Below, in pieces: positions 52,839 to 63,485 of a DNA stretch of 64,000 nt. The position numbers were made by a program, and so were the translations under genes. Position 1 is the first letter of the stretch, and the number at the start of each line of letters is the position of its first letter. Origin of the DNA: Guillardia theta CCMP2712 (lineage: Eukaryota > Protista > Cryptophyta); assembly GCF_000315625.1 (NCBI RefSeq), contig NW_005434650.1, positions 745,439 to 809,438 on the forward strand, read 5' to 3'. Under the pieces are notes generated by a model. That model had not been told where the DNA came from and made no database searches. It saw only the letters and a program-made list of their open reading frames with translations.

Positions 52839-53834
52839 TCATACATCCCAATCTACCAACATCATTCTTCTTTTTCTCCCTGTTCGCCCATAGTTTGACA
52901 TTTGGTCCAGTTGCGATCGGATGAACTCCCACTTAATGTCATCAGCCCCACGTCCATCGAAAGGATCCTCCAGTTCGCTTTGCACACGGTAAAGTGTGAT
53001 AACAATAAGCACGTAGGTGATACAGATGAAATATCCTGCGTCACATCCATACTTGTTCTCGATTATCTCCCAATTGTGCTGCTTCACGCAGAAGTGATTC
53101 CAGTAAGGTGCCAATAGGATGGGAGTGGTGTGGATCAGCGCAAAGCAGAACAATCGCAGACCAATGGGAGTTTCTACATCTCGTATGGTGCGCACACTTT
53201 CAAAATGTGATATCATGTCACGAAAGTAAACCGACATGCGCCCCATCCCAGATTCTCCATTGAGCCTGTAGCCAGAGTGGGCATGAAATTCCTGCATCTT
53301 CTCTGCAAGGCTCGCAAAACCATCGTAGACAACATTTCCTGCCTCCTCAGAATGCTTGCTGCTCCTCAAATACCATTCAATATCATCAAGAAGCTTTTGA
53401 AATAGAGTTTCCACTGCTTGGGCCCTCATTCCAACACTGTCAGACTCCCAACACCATGCGCCACTCTGGTCTTTCTCCCACGTCTTAAACATAAGGTACA
53501 TCGTGTACATTGCTCCTTTCAGCTTTGCCAAACAACTCAAGGCCTTCTCTCTCCTTTGGAAGCTTGCTTGCACTGAGAAAACCAAGGGAAAGATTGTCCC
53601 CACCGCTACAATGCTCATCGAAGTGTTGAATTGAATCTCCAGCATTCCTTTCGAGCAGATGAAGGTAAAGAAGCATGCTATGCAAGACATTATCAGAGTG
53701 TGCCAGGTTATGGCGAAACGAATTCCTTGCGCAACGAGAGAAATATGATTCACAAGAGCTGTCAAGATAGGCTGATCATTGACGATAACATCTAAATCAA
53801 GAACGTCTCCTTTTTGCTTCACCATGTCGCTCAC
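52839..53834 (-). CDS. Bestrophin-like (bacterial/UPF0187-type) channel; upstream exon(s) likely
   Basis: TM helices; FPLVFSVQASFQRREKA; VQSELEDPFDGRGADDI signature. Confidence 0.75.
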   Translation of the reverse strand: MSDMVKQKGDVLDLDVIVNDQPILTALVNHISLVAQGIRFAITWHTLIMSCIACFFTFICSKGMLEIQFNTSMSIVAVGTIFPLVFSVQASFQRREKALSCLAKLKGAMYTMYLMFKTWEKDQSGAWCWESDSVGMRAQAVETLFQKLLDDIEWYLRSSKHSEEAGNVVYDGFASLAEKMQEFHAHSGYRLNGESGMGRMSVYFRDMISHFESVRTIRDVETPIGLRLFCFALIHTTPILLAPYWNHFCVKQHNWEIIENKYGCDAGYFICITYVLIVITLYRVQSELEDPFDGRGADDIKWEFIRSQLDQMSNYGRTGRKRRMMLVDWDV

Positions 53835-54768
53835 CCTTGGCCTGTGCTAGTCACTTCAGAGGAATCACAACCCATAAGAGCCTTTGCTCAGATTCCTCAG
53901 GCTGCATATCCACTCGTGCCCCTTGTTGCTTTCCCCTTGCCGTCCTGCTTGCCGTCCCTCTATTTTCGTGATGATCTCTGCCTCAAAGGCTTCGATAATA
54001 AATTACTAGGCCTCCTATGATTCACTCTCTGACTTGTATTTAGTATCTGAGGCGAGCGTGCTGATTCACGCGGTCGGAAGAGCCATCGTTTTAGTAGTTA
54101 GGCTATTTTTTCAAGTTAAAGTAACTGAGTTCTCTCAGTTGCACAAAGACAGTGAAGGCTGCCGCCATGAGTAGCATATTTCACTGAACCAGAAGAAGAT
54201 TGAACAATGGCAGAGATCAGTTGAAGAAACAAGTACGCACTTTTCTTTCAAGACGTGTCGCAGAGCGGTTACTCAGTGTGGTGTTGGCTAATTTCGATGG
54301 CCGGATGATATCGACCATGAACGGAAGAAGGAAGGGTTTATCTGAGCCAATCATTGCCTATGGAGATCCTCTTTCAGTGCTAGTGGAAGGAATGGAAAGG
54401 CCGTACCCGTCAAATGGATCCAACAACATTGCCACAAAGCTTTCAAACGCGTTTTTGATGTTATGAAAAACATATGACAGCGAATTGTCATCAATGTGGT
54501 ACAAAATTAGAAGATTTCAGACGCGTCCCGGTCCTCAGGGGTGGTGTATTTCATCTCGAAAGACGGGCGGTGCGAGGGTTGAAATGGTGTGAGTCCACCA
54601 AGTGTTTCAAAACTCGCATTGTATCCGTTGCTATACATTGTGTGGGCACTCGCGATGAGGAAGGCTTGAGTCCTAAAGAGTTTTCCGAATAACCCCCTGT
54701 CGACATATTAAGATTTGTATTTCTGAAATCTTATTTCAAAGTATTCATCGTTGTCGATTAGAGTATAA

Positions 54769-55435
54769 TCATGCCCGAGATTGAGAGATATGGCATAAGT
54801 ATTCTGCGTCGTCAAACACCATCACATCTCTAAATGCTTCGTTGTCTGCCCATTCGATCCCTCTTTCAGCAATCTGAAACATTGCAATGGAAATGGTCAT
54901 TACAACGACAAATATTAAGGAAAAAACTTCATACCAACGCGATGATAACATTTCGCAGAACAATTGCCTTCTTTTTCTCCATGATACGGCCTTTGTCAAC
55001 TTCTTCGTCCACATCTTGGTTTTGTTTGCTCTGAAGCAGAATCCTCGCATCGTTCAATTTTTGATTTTCGTGTTGAATCTGCTTCAGTTTTGCCTGGAGA
55101 TGTTCTTGCTCTTGCTCGATCGCTTTCATGGCACGTTGCTTCGACAGGAGTTCTCTCACGAGATGATCCCTTTGAGAAATAGCCTCGAGAATGCCCCGAT
55201 ACGTCTTCTTGTCTTGACCCTGCAAAACAGCTTGCACTAAAATCTCTCTTTGTAGAATTCGATCAAAGAGTCTTTCAGCCACGAACAGCTTTTCATTCAG
55301 GGTGAAATTACCCTCCTCCATATCGCAAACGTTTCTCCTATTTCGACGATCAATGCCCTCTGCAGCTTGCAAATGATTCTTCGCCCCAGGCTGATCTACT
55401 TCTTTCGTGCCAGGGCTTCTCCTGTCCTTATCCAT
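54769..55435 (-). CDS. CENP-H/Fta3-like kinetochore (CCAN) protein, 2 exons
   Basis: Coiled coil followed by LRNVIIALV|AERGIEWADNEAFRDVMV, which resembles the CENP-H C-terminal (NVFQxLIxGSxVNWAEDPxL) motif. Confidence 0.55.
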
Positions 55436-55629
55436 GTTGTGAGCCCTTGATTTTCAAACAAAAGTGTAGATTTCTAAATTCAAGAAAAACAAATTGAGAA
55501 TTGCGGTTTGACGGGCGGATTTGGTTTCACATCCATCACGGGAACCAAACAGTAGACTAGTCAGGCAGACATGCTAATCGACTCGTCTGAGTCAGGGCAT
55601 TCTCAACATCGTCTTGTTCCCCTATCGCA

Positions 55630-55820
55630 GCTTTTCTGATCAGACATCAGATAAGCATCAGTATCAGCATCGTAAGCATCAGTACCAACATCATGAGATA
55701 AGCATCAGTATCAGCATATGATCAGCATGCATTCATCAGCCTGGTGATCCTGCTGGTGATCAGCATCAGGATCGGCATGTTCAGCATCTGGTCAGCCTGC
55801 ATCAGGTTCAGCTGCAGGTT
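55630..55820. repeat. Degenerate (ATCAGC)-type low-complexity repeat in a divergent intergenic region
   Basis: Recurrent ATCAG/GCATC units, including a duplicated GATAAGCATCAGTATCAGCAT. Confidence 0.75.
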
Positions 55821-56056
55821 GCGTATCCGCGCGGGGACGAGGGTCGGCCAGGTCATTATTATCACCTGTCCTGATCCTTGTTCCCCTCGTGCATGCTGTC
55901 GCTTGCGTGGTTGGAGTAGCGGTTTTCGCTGCCTCCTCCGTTTCCTAGTGTTTTATTGAGGCTGTCTTGTTGGATTTTATCCTCGACCTCCTTTGTTCGC
56001 TCCGGTTTGCCTTTTCTTTTCAGTCAAAAAAAGAATCGAATTATCACCTGATGTAA

Positions 56057-56745
56057 ATGGCGGAAGGGGTGAGGGTAACAGCTCGCGCCTCCTTCAGCCG
56101 ATCGACGGTAAAATGCTCGCGCAAGAATGCAGGACACAGGGAAGCTGATAGTTTGGCACAGAAATACTACATCTCTGTTGGAGACGCATCCTATGGTCGA
56201 TGTAGAAAGAAATGGGAGGATTTTGAAGATCTTTATGATTCTCTCGAATTAAGATATGGCAAGCTGGATATTTCCTTTCCCGTATATGTAACAAGGTACA
56301 AGTTGATATCACAAACTATCTGCAGCTGCAGTCCTTCTTGCCATCGATGACATGGATTCACAGGAAAAATAATACCAAAGCCGAGGCTGTAGAAAAGAAT
56401 CGCAAGAACTTGGAGAAATTTCTGGAGAAACTGAGGGCTCATCCTCAGCTTTCACATGATTCTGATGTGATTTCATTTCTGCACCTTGTTGATGTAGAGG
56501 AGAATGAGGACTCGGACGATGGTGCACCAAGCTTATCCCTGCGCGACAAGCCTGGACCGACTCCGTTCACAGTGGAGTCAAAGCCTGCTTCTGCTTGTCA
56601 TGTTGATGAAGGAGACCAAGCAGACGACGAAATTTTACCAAATGATAGCAATTCTACATCGAATACCCTTCTGCCATCATCACTTGAATGGAAATCAACT
56701 CCACAAGCAGCCGAGCCCAAGAATTCTATATGGATTGGTCGATGA
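56057..56745 (+). CDS. PX-domain protein, 2 exons
   Basis: YYISV...RKKWEDFEDLYDSLELRY...FP|PSMTW...VEKNRKNLEKFLEKLRAHPQLSHDSDVISFL. Confidence 0.75.
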
Positions 56746-56805
56746 GCATGTAACATTATAGAATTTATCGAAAAGCACACCACTCTTGTTCACGAAACCT
56801 TTGCA

Positions 56806-57360
56806 TCAGTTCAGAGGCGCAGAAATGTTTTTTGTGAGCTCTTCACTTTTCTTCCAGAGCTGCTCAGCCTTCTCTGCATCCTCAGCTAAAGGATGAGATG
56901 TCTTCATGACTGCGCACCTAGCATAATGTTCTTCTGGAACCAAGCTAGAAGGGGGGGGCAACACAACAGAATGTAGAAGTTGCAGCTAATTGCTCATGGG
57001 AGAAGAGAATCATCCCTCCTATCGCTCGATAAAGACCGATCAATACACCTGACAAACCTTCCTTTGCCAGGCCAGTTGGACCAACTCCAGGGTGAAGAGA
57101 GACAGCAATGATGTCAAGCTTCTGATCATGAAATCGTCTGGCAAGCTCTTTTGCCATCAAAATATTGCTCAGCTTGGATGCGCCATATGCTTCCATCAAG
57201 CTGTATTTTTCTGGATGGGTCCAATTAGAGAATTCTTGGTCTTGATTAGGAGCACTGCGATGTAGCTCGGAACTGACGCAGATAACGCGGGCAGGTTGCG
57301 AAGCACGAAGCTTGTCCATGAGCAGTTGACAGAGAAGAAAGTGCCCAAGGTGGTTGATTG
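56806..57360 (-). pseudogene. Short-chain dehydrogenase (RDH/WWOX-like), 3' half only
   Basis: INHLGHFLL...RVICVSSELH...YGASKLSNIL...SLHPGV, and a last exon AEQLWKKSEEL. No TGxxxGIG Rossmann exon is recognisable upstream. Confidence 0.6.
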
Positions 57361-57779
57361 CGTGGCAAATAAATGAGGAAAAATAGGACACATTTCTGCA
57401 GTGTAGGGCGATGCAAACACATGTTTGATCCTTGTGCTTCACATGTCAGTGCCAATACTACACTGATCTTTTTTTGTCTTGAGTAAGACTACCTTCATGC
57501 AATCATCTTCCCAGTCAAAGTGCTCAAGATGTCAAATGTCTAGACTCTCACTTCTGCATGAACAGCATGCCCAAGAGAAAATCCATTAACTGCCGGACTC
57601 TGAACTCTACGAGGTCTCATCTCTTTCAAGATGTTGTTCAGTGCTTTGTACTCGGGCGGGTAACTTCTTTGGTATAGGAATTGATGTAACCATCCAGCAT
57701 GTCATCCGATTATCTTCCGCCTCTTTTTCAACCCGATTGCCGTAAACATAACATTCCTGCATCTGTACAGATATTTCGA

Positions 57780-58330
57780 CGCACTTTTATACCCCTGGAC
57801 GGTGGACGCAGCTGCGGTTGCTTTGTCTCTGCTTGATGCTTGCACAGTGTTGGCTACTGCCTCTGGCTGACGCTCGTGACCTGCCAGGTCTGGGGTATCT
57901 ACATTCTCTTCTTCTTCTTTGCCCTTCCTCTTTGACCCTGCTGTCCTCATCTGAGCCCGAAATACTACCAGCCTCGGGGTCGTCAAACATTCTCACAAGC
58001 ACATTCTTGTCCTTCACCCTCCTTCTACGCGAAAGAGGTGCATGCTTTCCACATTCATCGTTGCGATCCGAGCCAGCTAGCTCCCACGCACAAACAAGGT
58101 GAAAAGCACAGCCTGCATATTTTGCATACCTTCAGAACAGCGTTTGCCTCCTTTTGCATCAAGCAATCAGCACCGAAGACACACGTGTTGGGCTGTGCCA
58201 CAGCCGGAGGGTTCGTGGAACTGGATCGGGAGGGCTGATCGACCTGTTCATGATCATGACTGTCACTTGCCGGACCGGCTTGGCTGTCGTCCTCGAGATC
58301 ACCCTCCAGTGGTTGGTTTTGTCCCCCGTG
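57780..58330 (-). pseudogene. Degraded PHD/ePHD-like zinc-finger coding fragment
   Basis: The minus strand reads CVFGADC...LKVCK, then after a frameshift YAGCAFHLVCAWELAGSDRNDECGKH. No intact ORF. Confidence 0.35.
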
Positions 58331-58851
58331 TCCGCCATTGCTTAGGGTGCGGGATGCGACGGGGTGCTGCCTTCTCTATCATGAGGAGGGTTTCAGAGTT
58401 TGGTACAGACGCATTGGAATGTTCGATGATATCCTGCATGTTATAACAATTACTCCTTGTGACTTGTATAATGTTGACGGGGATCGGATAATGGGAGAAG
58501 TGCGGGGAATGGGGAGAAGATGCTTTTGTGATTGGGGTGTGGATGATCGTGCAGTGTACGAAGGAAAAGCACCTCATATTGTTGTTCCAGGGACTCGCAC
58601 AATGACAACTTGGCGATCTCAAACAGACCAGTATGATTCTTCCGACCATGTTCATCTGTACAAATGAAAGGTTTTCTATTATGATCATGACTGAAAGAAG
58701 TGTAGAATTACTGTACAAGTATGTCTAATATGATCCTAAGACATGATCTGATGTAGCACACCATCATCCTTGCTGTAGGGCGGCGTTGTTGCTCCATCGT
58801 TGTGCTTCTTGCATTCCAACTACTTAAAACTGAGTATGTTTATACTCAACC

Positions 58852-58870
58852 TTTAGGGTTTAGGGTTTAG
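58852..58870 (+). repeat. Telomeric tract (TTTAGGG)n, innermost
   Basis: TTTAGGGTTTAGGGTTTAG. Confidence 0.95.
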
Positions 58871-59044
58871 AAGTATATCAGAGGAGGGAGCAGACTCTGA
58901 GAGCAGAACTTCGGAAGCACGCCGGGCTGCCACCGGGGCCAGCCAAGTCGGGCCGAACTGCCAGGTCACGAGATCCCTGTTAGACTAGAATAGAGCAAGG
59001 CGATAACAAGCCATGTAAACTTACCTAGCATTCTAATAAACTCA

Positions 59045-59088
<44 letters not shown>
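58871..59088 (+). mobile_element. 5'-truncated 3' end of a related telomere-inserted element (family A) with a (CTA)15 tail
   Basis: Flanked by telomeric tracts. Shares TTAGACTAG and CTAGCATTCTAATAAACTCA (59025-59044) with the downstream elements. CTA repeat at 59046-59090. Confidence 0.75.
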
Positions 59089-59090
<2 letters not shown>

Positions 59091-59113
59091 GGGTTTAGGG
59101 TTTAGGGTTTAGG
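59089..59113 (+). repeat. Telomeric tract (TTTAGGG)n
   Basis: TAGGGTTTAGGGTTTAGGGTTTAGG. Confidence 0.95.
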
Positions 59114-60672
59114 AGGATCCCTTTATCTGAGGCAGGATCCCTTTATCTGAGGCAGGATCCCTTTATCTGAGGCAGGATCCCTAGGGATCCCTGCGTGGTA
59201 GAGCAAGAGTCGCCAGGAACACAGGAAGCTCGGGAAACCATCGAGAATGCCGCAGTTCGAAACATGTGGCCAATATCTCCGGAGGGAGTACACCTGACTC
59301 TGTTCAGCGAGGACCCGAAGATCAGAGAGGCGCTCGCAGTCGAGTTGACAGCTGATCGCTTTGTGTCCAGAAATAAGTTGAAGAAGGCATCAAGGGTGCA
59401 GAAGAAGGCAGGCGGCAAGGACGGCAAGGAGATCAAGATCATCATCAAGTCGACGGCGGCATCTGGTCGCTTCACGAGGAAGGAGATGGAGGGGCTGTGC
59501 AACGGCGGCAACACTTCCATCGCAAGAGTCAAGAGAGTCTTGTTGGAGATCGCTAACAGGCTCGAGATCAACGTTGAAGGCATCGACATGGAGGAGGATT
59601 TGAACAGCCTGAGGCGGCTGGTCAGCGGGGCACGCGCAGCGACAGGAGGAGAGCGAGGGAGAGTGGCTGGAGTTTACAGACCTGGAGAGGATCACAATGG
59701 AGGCAGCATCTCCGTCAAGCCAAGAGGACATGCAGCTCGTCAGCGAGCTGTCAGCAGTCATCGAAGATGCAGCTTCTTTGAAGCTGGTCCTTGACAAGGC
59801 CGTTGGCAACCTCCACGACACGTTCTACTCTCCGGGGAGCCTGGAGTTCATGTCGCTGGGAGAGTGGGCGAAGATGCCAGAGGAGCAGGGAGTTGGGCGC
59901 AACGTTCTCAAGGAGAAGCTGGGGAAGTAGCTGCAGAGCAAGCGCTGGACTCGCGTGCAAGGAGAGAGCAAGAAGGCAAGGAGGGGCAGCGCGTTCTCGC
60001 CACGGGCAACGGCAGCTGCTGAGCTTGAGCAGGAGGCGGAGAGCGACGACATAGAGCGTCGATCTCTTAGCTTCCTGTTCATAGCACTGAGTAAATTCGC
60101 AGAGATGCATGTGCCTGGCCTGCTCGCTGAAGGTGGACAAGAAGGACCGACTGCGAGTGGAGATGAGGGAAGATGACGAAGAAGAGGAAGACATGGAGGA
60201 AGAGCAAGGCGAGGGCGAGGAAGAAGACAGGGCGAGCCCGGACCGAGCTTGAGCTGAGCTCAAGGTAAGGAGAGAAGGTAGGAGGCGACCGAAAGCCAAG
60301 GTGAGGAGAGGCAACTTTCCTGACTGAGGCTGAGGAAGCTGAATGGAGCAGGAGTAGGTGGCGACCGAAGGCCAAGGTGAGGAGAGGCAACTCTTCTGAC
60401 TGAGGCTGAGGAAGCTGAATGGAGGTAGAGTAGGTGGTGACCGAAGGCCAAGGTGAGGAGAGGCAACTCTCCTGACTGAGGCTGAGGAAGCCAAGAGAAG
60501 ACAGCAAAAGTAGAGAGTAGAAAGACGCCTCAGAAGCAGGGTTCGCATTGTAGGCCGTGTACTCCCAGTGCTCGAGCGCCTCTTTAGACTAGGATCAACT
60601 TGCATAAGCCCACAACGAGGCCGAGCAACATTCTAGCATTCTAATAAACTCACATAATAATAATAATAATAA
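59114..60672 (+). mobile_element. Element copy 1: chimeric and internally deleted, defective ORF, (TAA)6 tail
   Basis: 59281 onward is near-identical to 61826 onward, but has deletions, a TGG>TAG stop (59928-59930) and a 1-bp insertion. The 5' ~170 bp is different and starts with a 20-bp repeat x3. Confidence 0.85.
60281..60490 (+). repeat. 76-bp tandem repeat (~2.7 copies) in the element 3' UTR; also at ~63000-63241 (collapsed at the gap)
   Basis: GACCGAA recurs at 60287, 60363 and 60439 (period 76). Confidence 0.9.
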
Positions 60673-60690
60673 TAGGGTTTAGGGTTTAGG
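60673..60690 (+). repeat. Telomeric tract (TTTAGGG)n
   Basis: TAGGGTTTAGGGTTTAGG. Confidence 0.95.
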
Positions 60691-60820
60691 GGCGCCGTTA
60701 TTTTCGGCAGGGCGCCGTTATTTTCGGCAGCATGGCTCCTTGCCAGGTGTAGGGGAAGCCGCCAGGGCGCCAAGGAAGCTGCAAGCGAGAGGTTTGTATA
60801 CTTCAAATAGCTTTCTAAGT

Positions 60821-62972
60821 ATGGTTCTTCAGTATGATGAAAATGTTCGCAACCTGCTGTATCGGAGATCATGCCAATACACGCAGAGCGGACTTGTGGA
60901 TGCCTCTGTCCTCGAAGCTGATCTCGTCGAGAGGGTGAAGAGCTTCGCGAAGCGTTATCCGAACAGCAGGACAGCCCAGGCTTGCAAGGCTGTGGAGGGC
61001 GGGATGCACCCCCGACGCTATCGCAGAAGCCATCCGCTCGACATGTCAGCAGGCACGACGTGAGTTTCTGCAAGAAGCGATGACTGGATGGAGTGACGCA
61101 TCCAGAGAGTGGTTTATGCAGCAGATTGAAGAAGCCAAGAAGGAGAAGGTCGAGACATACACCGCCTCAGCAGGCAACGAGGTGACTTCCTTCATCTCCA
61201 TGACTCTCCTGGGCATCTCCTCGGTGTATGTCAACCATGAAGAAAAGCTGAAGAAGAAATTTGAAGAGATCGGACTGATCGTAGACTCAGTGCAAGAGAG
61301 TAAAGCAATCATGTGGAAGGCTCCGTATAGACCCGAGATAGCGAGTGCTGAGGAGATCCCGGTGACTGTTTCCTTCCTCCGCAATGCACAAGCGGAGAAG
61401 CTCTGGCAGGGAAGAGAGGACTTCGCGATCGATGGTCGCAAGTTCACAGCTGTACATGTGAGCATCGTGCACGATCGATCTTTCAAGATTCGAGCCAAGA
61501 GAGGACCCTGGGGCAAAGGGGGCAGCTTGGCAGAGCTGACTCACCTGCTAACCTTGGGCGGCATGACAACGGCTGAGATAGCTGCCGTCTATCGCTATCA
61601 GCTGCTGCGCCAGTCCCTTGCAGCGGTCCAACTCCAGCCGCTGGCAGGCATGCTGGTCGCTGGGGCGCCAGGCCAGCAAGTCCACAAAGGCTTAGGTCAG
61701 AAAGGCTTCATCGCTGTAGGGGCCAACGTCATCTGGAGACAGAGGGAGGTGGAGTGGATCGTCTCCTCGAGCTGCCCAGAGGCGAATGATACAGCATTTC
61801 GAGCTTTCCGAGAGAGCGAAGCGATGGAGGGAGTACACCTGACTCTGTTCAGCGAGGACCCGAAGATCAGAGAGGCGCTCGCAGTCGAGTTGACAGCTGA
61901 TCGCTTTGTGTCCAGAAATAAGTTGAAGAAGGCATCAAGGATGCAGAAGAAGGCAGGCGGCAAGGACGGCAAGGAGATCAAGATCATCATCAAGTCGACG
62001 GCGGCATCTGGTCGCTTCACGAGGAAGGAGATGGAAGGGCTGTGCAACGGCGGCAACACGTCTATCGCAAGAGTCAAGAGAGTCTTGTTGGAGATCGCTA
62101 ACAGGCTCGAGATCAACGTTGAAGGCATCGACATGGAGGAGGATTTGAACACCAAGTCCTGGAACGGGTCCGAGCTATGCATCCTCCTCGGCTCCACGGA
62201 GGATGCTCGACGCATGATGAAGGAGCTGCCCTTCTATCTCGAAGGCGCAGCAACCAAGCTCGAAGCAGTCGGCTTCGACAAGGAGCCTGACTCTGAGGCG
62301 GCTGGTCAGCGGGGCACCAGCGACGCAGCGCAGCGACAGGAGGAGAGCGAGGGAGAGTGGCTGGAGTTTACAGACCTGGAGAGGATCACAATGGAGGCAG
62401 CATCTCCGTCAAGCCAAGAGGACATGCAGCTCGTCAGCGAGCTGTCAGCAGTCATCGAAGATGCAGCTTCTTTGAACGAGGCGGGGACGAGCGAGCCGAT
62501 CAAGCTGGTCCTGGACAAGGCCGTTGGCAACCTCCACGACACGTTCTACTCTCCGGGGAGCCTGGAGTTCATGTCGCTGGGAGAGTGGGCGAAGATGCCA
62601 GAGGAGCAGGGAGTTGGGCGCAACGTTCTCAAGGAGAAGCTGGGGAAGTGGCTGCAGAGCAAGCGCTGGACTCGCGTGCAAGGAGAGAGCAAGAAGGCAA
62701 GGAGGGGCAGCGCGTTCTCGCCACGGGCAACGGCAGCTGCTGAGCTTGAGCAGGAGGCGGAGAGCGACGACATAGAGCGTCGATCTCTTAGCTTCCTGTT
62801 CATAGCACTGAGTAAATTCGCAGAGATGCATGTGCTGGCCTGCTCGCTGAAGGTGGACAAGAAGGACCGACTGCGGGTGGAGATGAGGGAAGATGGCGAA
62901 GAAGAGGAAGACATGGAGGAAGAGCAAGGCGAGGGCGAGGAAGAAGACAGGGCGAGCCCGTACCGAGCTTGA
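60821..62972 (+). CDS. Element-encoded RRM-like ORF1/Gag-type protein (~715 aa when intact; this copy is frameshifted at ~61000, leaving the 630-aa ORF 61080-62972)
   Basis: RRM-like pattern MTLLGI..EEKLKKKFEEIG.IVDSV..VTVSF..AQAEKLW..IDGRKFTAV. Second partial pattern LCILLGSTEDARRMMKELPFYL. No RT (YADD-type) or endonuclease motifs seen. Confidence 0.6.
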
Positions 62973-63073
62973 GCTGAGCTCAAGGTAAGGAGAGAAGGTG
63001 GAGGCGACCGAAGGCCAAGGTGAGGAGAGGCAACTCTCCTCACTGAGGCTGAGGAAGCTGAATGGAGCAGGAG

Positions 63074-63173
63074 NNNNNNNNNNNNNNNNNNNNNNNNNNN
63101 NNNNNNNNNNNNNNNNNNNNNNNNNNNNNNNNNNNNNNNNNNNNNNNNNNNNNNNNNNNNNNNNNNNNNNNNN
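63074..63173. other. Assembly gap (100 N) inside the 76-bp repeat array
   Basis: N run flanked by repeat units. Confidence 1.
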
Positions 63174-63425
63174 AGGTAGAGTAGGTGGTGACCGAAGCCA
63201 AGGTGAGGAGGAGGCACTCTCCTGACTGAGGCTGAGGAAGCCAAGAGAAGACAGCAAAAGTAGAAAGTAGAAAGACGCCTCAGAAGCAGGGTTCGCATTG
63301 TAGGCCGTGTACTCCCAGTGCTCGAGCGCCTCTTTAGACTAGGATCAAATTGCATAAGCCCACAACGAGGCCGAGCAACATTCTAGCATTCTAATAAACT
63401 CACATAATAATAATAATAATAATAA

Positions 63426-63485
63426 TAGGGTTTAGGGTTTAGGGTTTAGGGTTTAGGGTTTAGGGTTTAGGGTTTAGGGTTTAGG
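63426..63485 (+). repeat. Telomeric tract (TTTAGGG)~8
   Basis: Perfect Arabidopsis-type repeats. Confidence 0.98.

Larger units (their letters stand above)
60691..63425 (+). mobile_element. Element copy 2: near full-length (~2.7 kb) ORF1-only non-LTR-like element, (TAA)7 tail
   Basis: Telomeric tracts on both sides, a 5' 20-mer x2, a single long ORF, 76-bp repeats, AATAAA and a TAA tail. Near-identical to the adjacent copies. Confidence 0.85.

Noticed and set aside
59114-59192. CRISPR-like arrays (20-bp, 22-bp at 6780, 76-bp repeats)
   Set aside because: They are contiguous tandem repeats without unique spacers, there are no cas genes, and the context is eukaryotic.
60281-60490. Hammerhead ribozyme in the 76-bp repeat (CTGAGGA-AGCT-GAAT)
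   Set aside because: CUGANGA is present but is followed by GAAU rather than GAAA, and no stem III/NUH could be built. It would need an Infernal search or a cleavage assay.
59751-60605. Long antisense ORFs over the elements (also 62445-63355)
   Set aside because: They are shadow frames of purine-rich sense sequence and repeats, and are not conserved in frame between copies.
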